Shown here one piece after another: positions 59,276 through 59,388 of a stretch of 59,388 nt of DNA; the first letter of the stretch is position 1; every line of letters begins with the position of its first letter. Under the pieces are notes generated by a model. It was not told the origin of the DNA and did no database searches. It was given only the letters and a program-made list of their open reading frames with translations. This DNA comes from Betaproteobacteria bacterium RIFCSPLOWO2_02_64_14. GTDB taxonomy: Bacteria; Pseudomonadota; Gammaproteobacteria; Burkholderiales; SG8-41. The stretch is from assembly GCA_001770325.1 (NCBI GenBank), contig MEQT01000085.1, forward strand, positions 3,801 to 63,188, in the 5' to 3' direction. The translations under genes and the position numbers were made by a program.

Positions 59276-59388
59276 ATGAGCTTCACCACCATCGACCAAG
59301 CCACCCCCCGCCTTCAACGCTCGGAGCTGGCCGTGCCGGCCTCGACGACGGCACTGTTCGAGAAGGCGGCGTACTCAGCCGCGGATGT
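59276..59388 (+). CDS. HpcH/HpaI aldolase-citrate lyase beta family, malyl-CoA lyase-like; first 37 codons plus a partial codon (runs off the right edge)
   Basis: Hand translation gives MSFTTIDQATPRLQRSELAVPASTTALFEKAAYSAADV. This resembles remembered Mcl N-termini (MSF..I.QATPRL.RSELAVPGS...F.EK.A.S.ADV). Not in the ORF track (no stop). Confidence 0.5.
   Translation, partial: MSFTTIDQATPRLQRSELAVPASTTALFEKAAYSAAD

Overview
High-GC (about two-thirds G+C by eye) proteobacterial-type chromosomal segment with about 45 protein genes. I recognised no rRNA, tRNA, CRISPR array, transposase or integrase. Left to right: a partial membrane-protein gene; a DnaQ-exonuclease/GIY-YIG fusion; an IclR regulator; greB; a trypsin-like/PDZ protein; a lipoprotein; a TetR-controlled RND efflux operon (MFP-RND-OMF); a divergent sulfatase cluster (ComA-family protein + arylsulfatase <> Bug-family binding protein + second sulfatase + lutABC); a 20-kb trehalose/alpha-glucan supercluster (glgA, glgP <> otsA-glgB-glgE-treS/mak-TM protein-glgX-malQ-otsB-mscS); an ion/osmotic homeostasis run (CPA2 antiporter-ybdK-GATase, NfeD-SPFH, duplicated beta-sandwich protein, CaCA exchanger, NhaD-like permease, Usp); a TRAP transporter + amidase + MFS; and a glyoxylate/hydroxypyruvate module (2-hydroxyacid dehydrogenase, tartronate-semialdehyde-reductase-like, start of a malyl-CoA-lyase-like gene). 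All genes from 25.2 kb to the right edge are on the + strand. The least expected signal is not a gene. It is a family of 7-nt tandem-repeat arrays (4 to about 15 copies) at eight loci, each overlapping or within a few nt of the stop codon of the upstream gene. Several are paired with an inverted copy, giving long hairpins, and two have been absorbed into the C-terminal codons of enzymes. Secondary points: a ComA-like/sulfatase/Bug/LutABC cluster that may handle a sulfated hydroxy-acid; mechanosensitive-channel-type genes interleaved and translationally coupled with trehalose/glucan genes; a ~27-aa insertion in the RND pump; a trypsin-like protein with an apparently non-canonical triad; a perfect 18-bp in-frame tandem duplication. 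All functional calls rest on by-eye motif recognition in the supplied translations. No database search was run.
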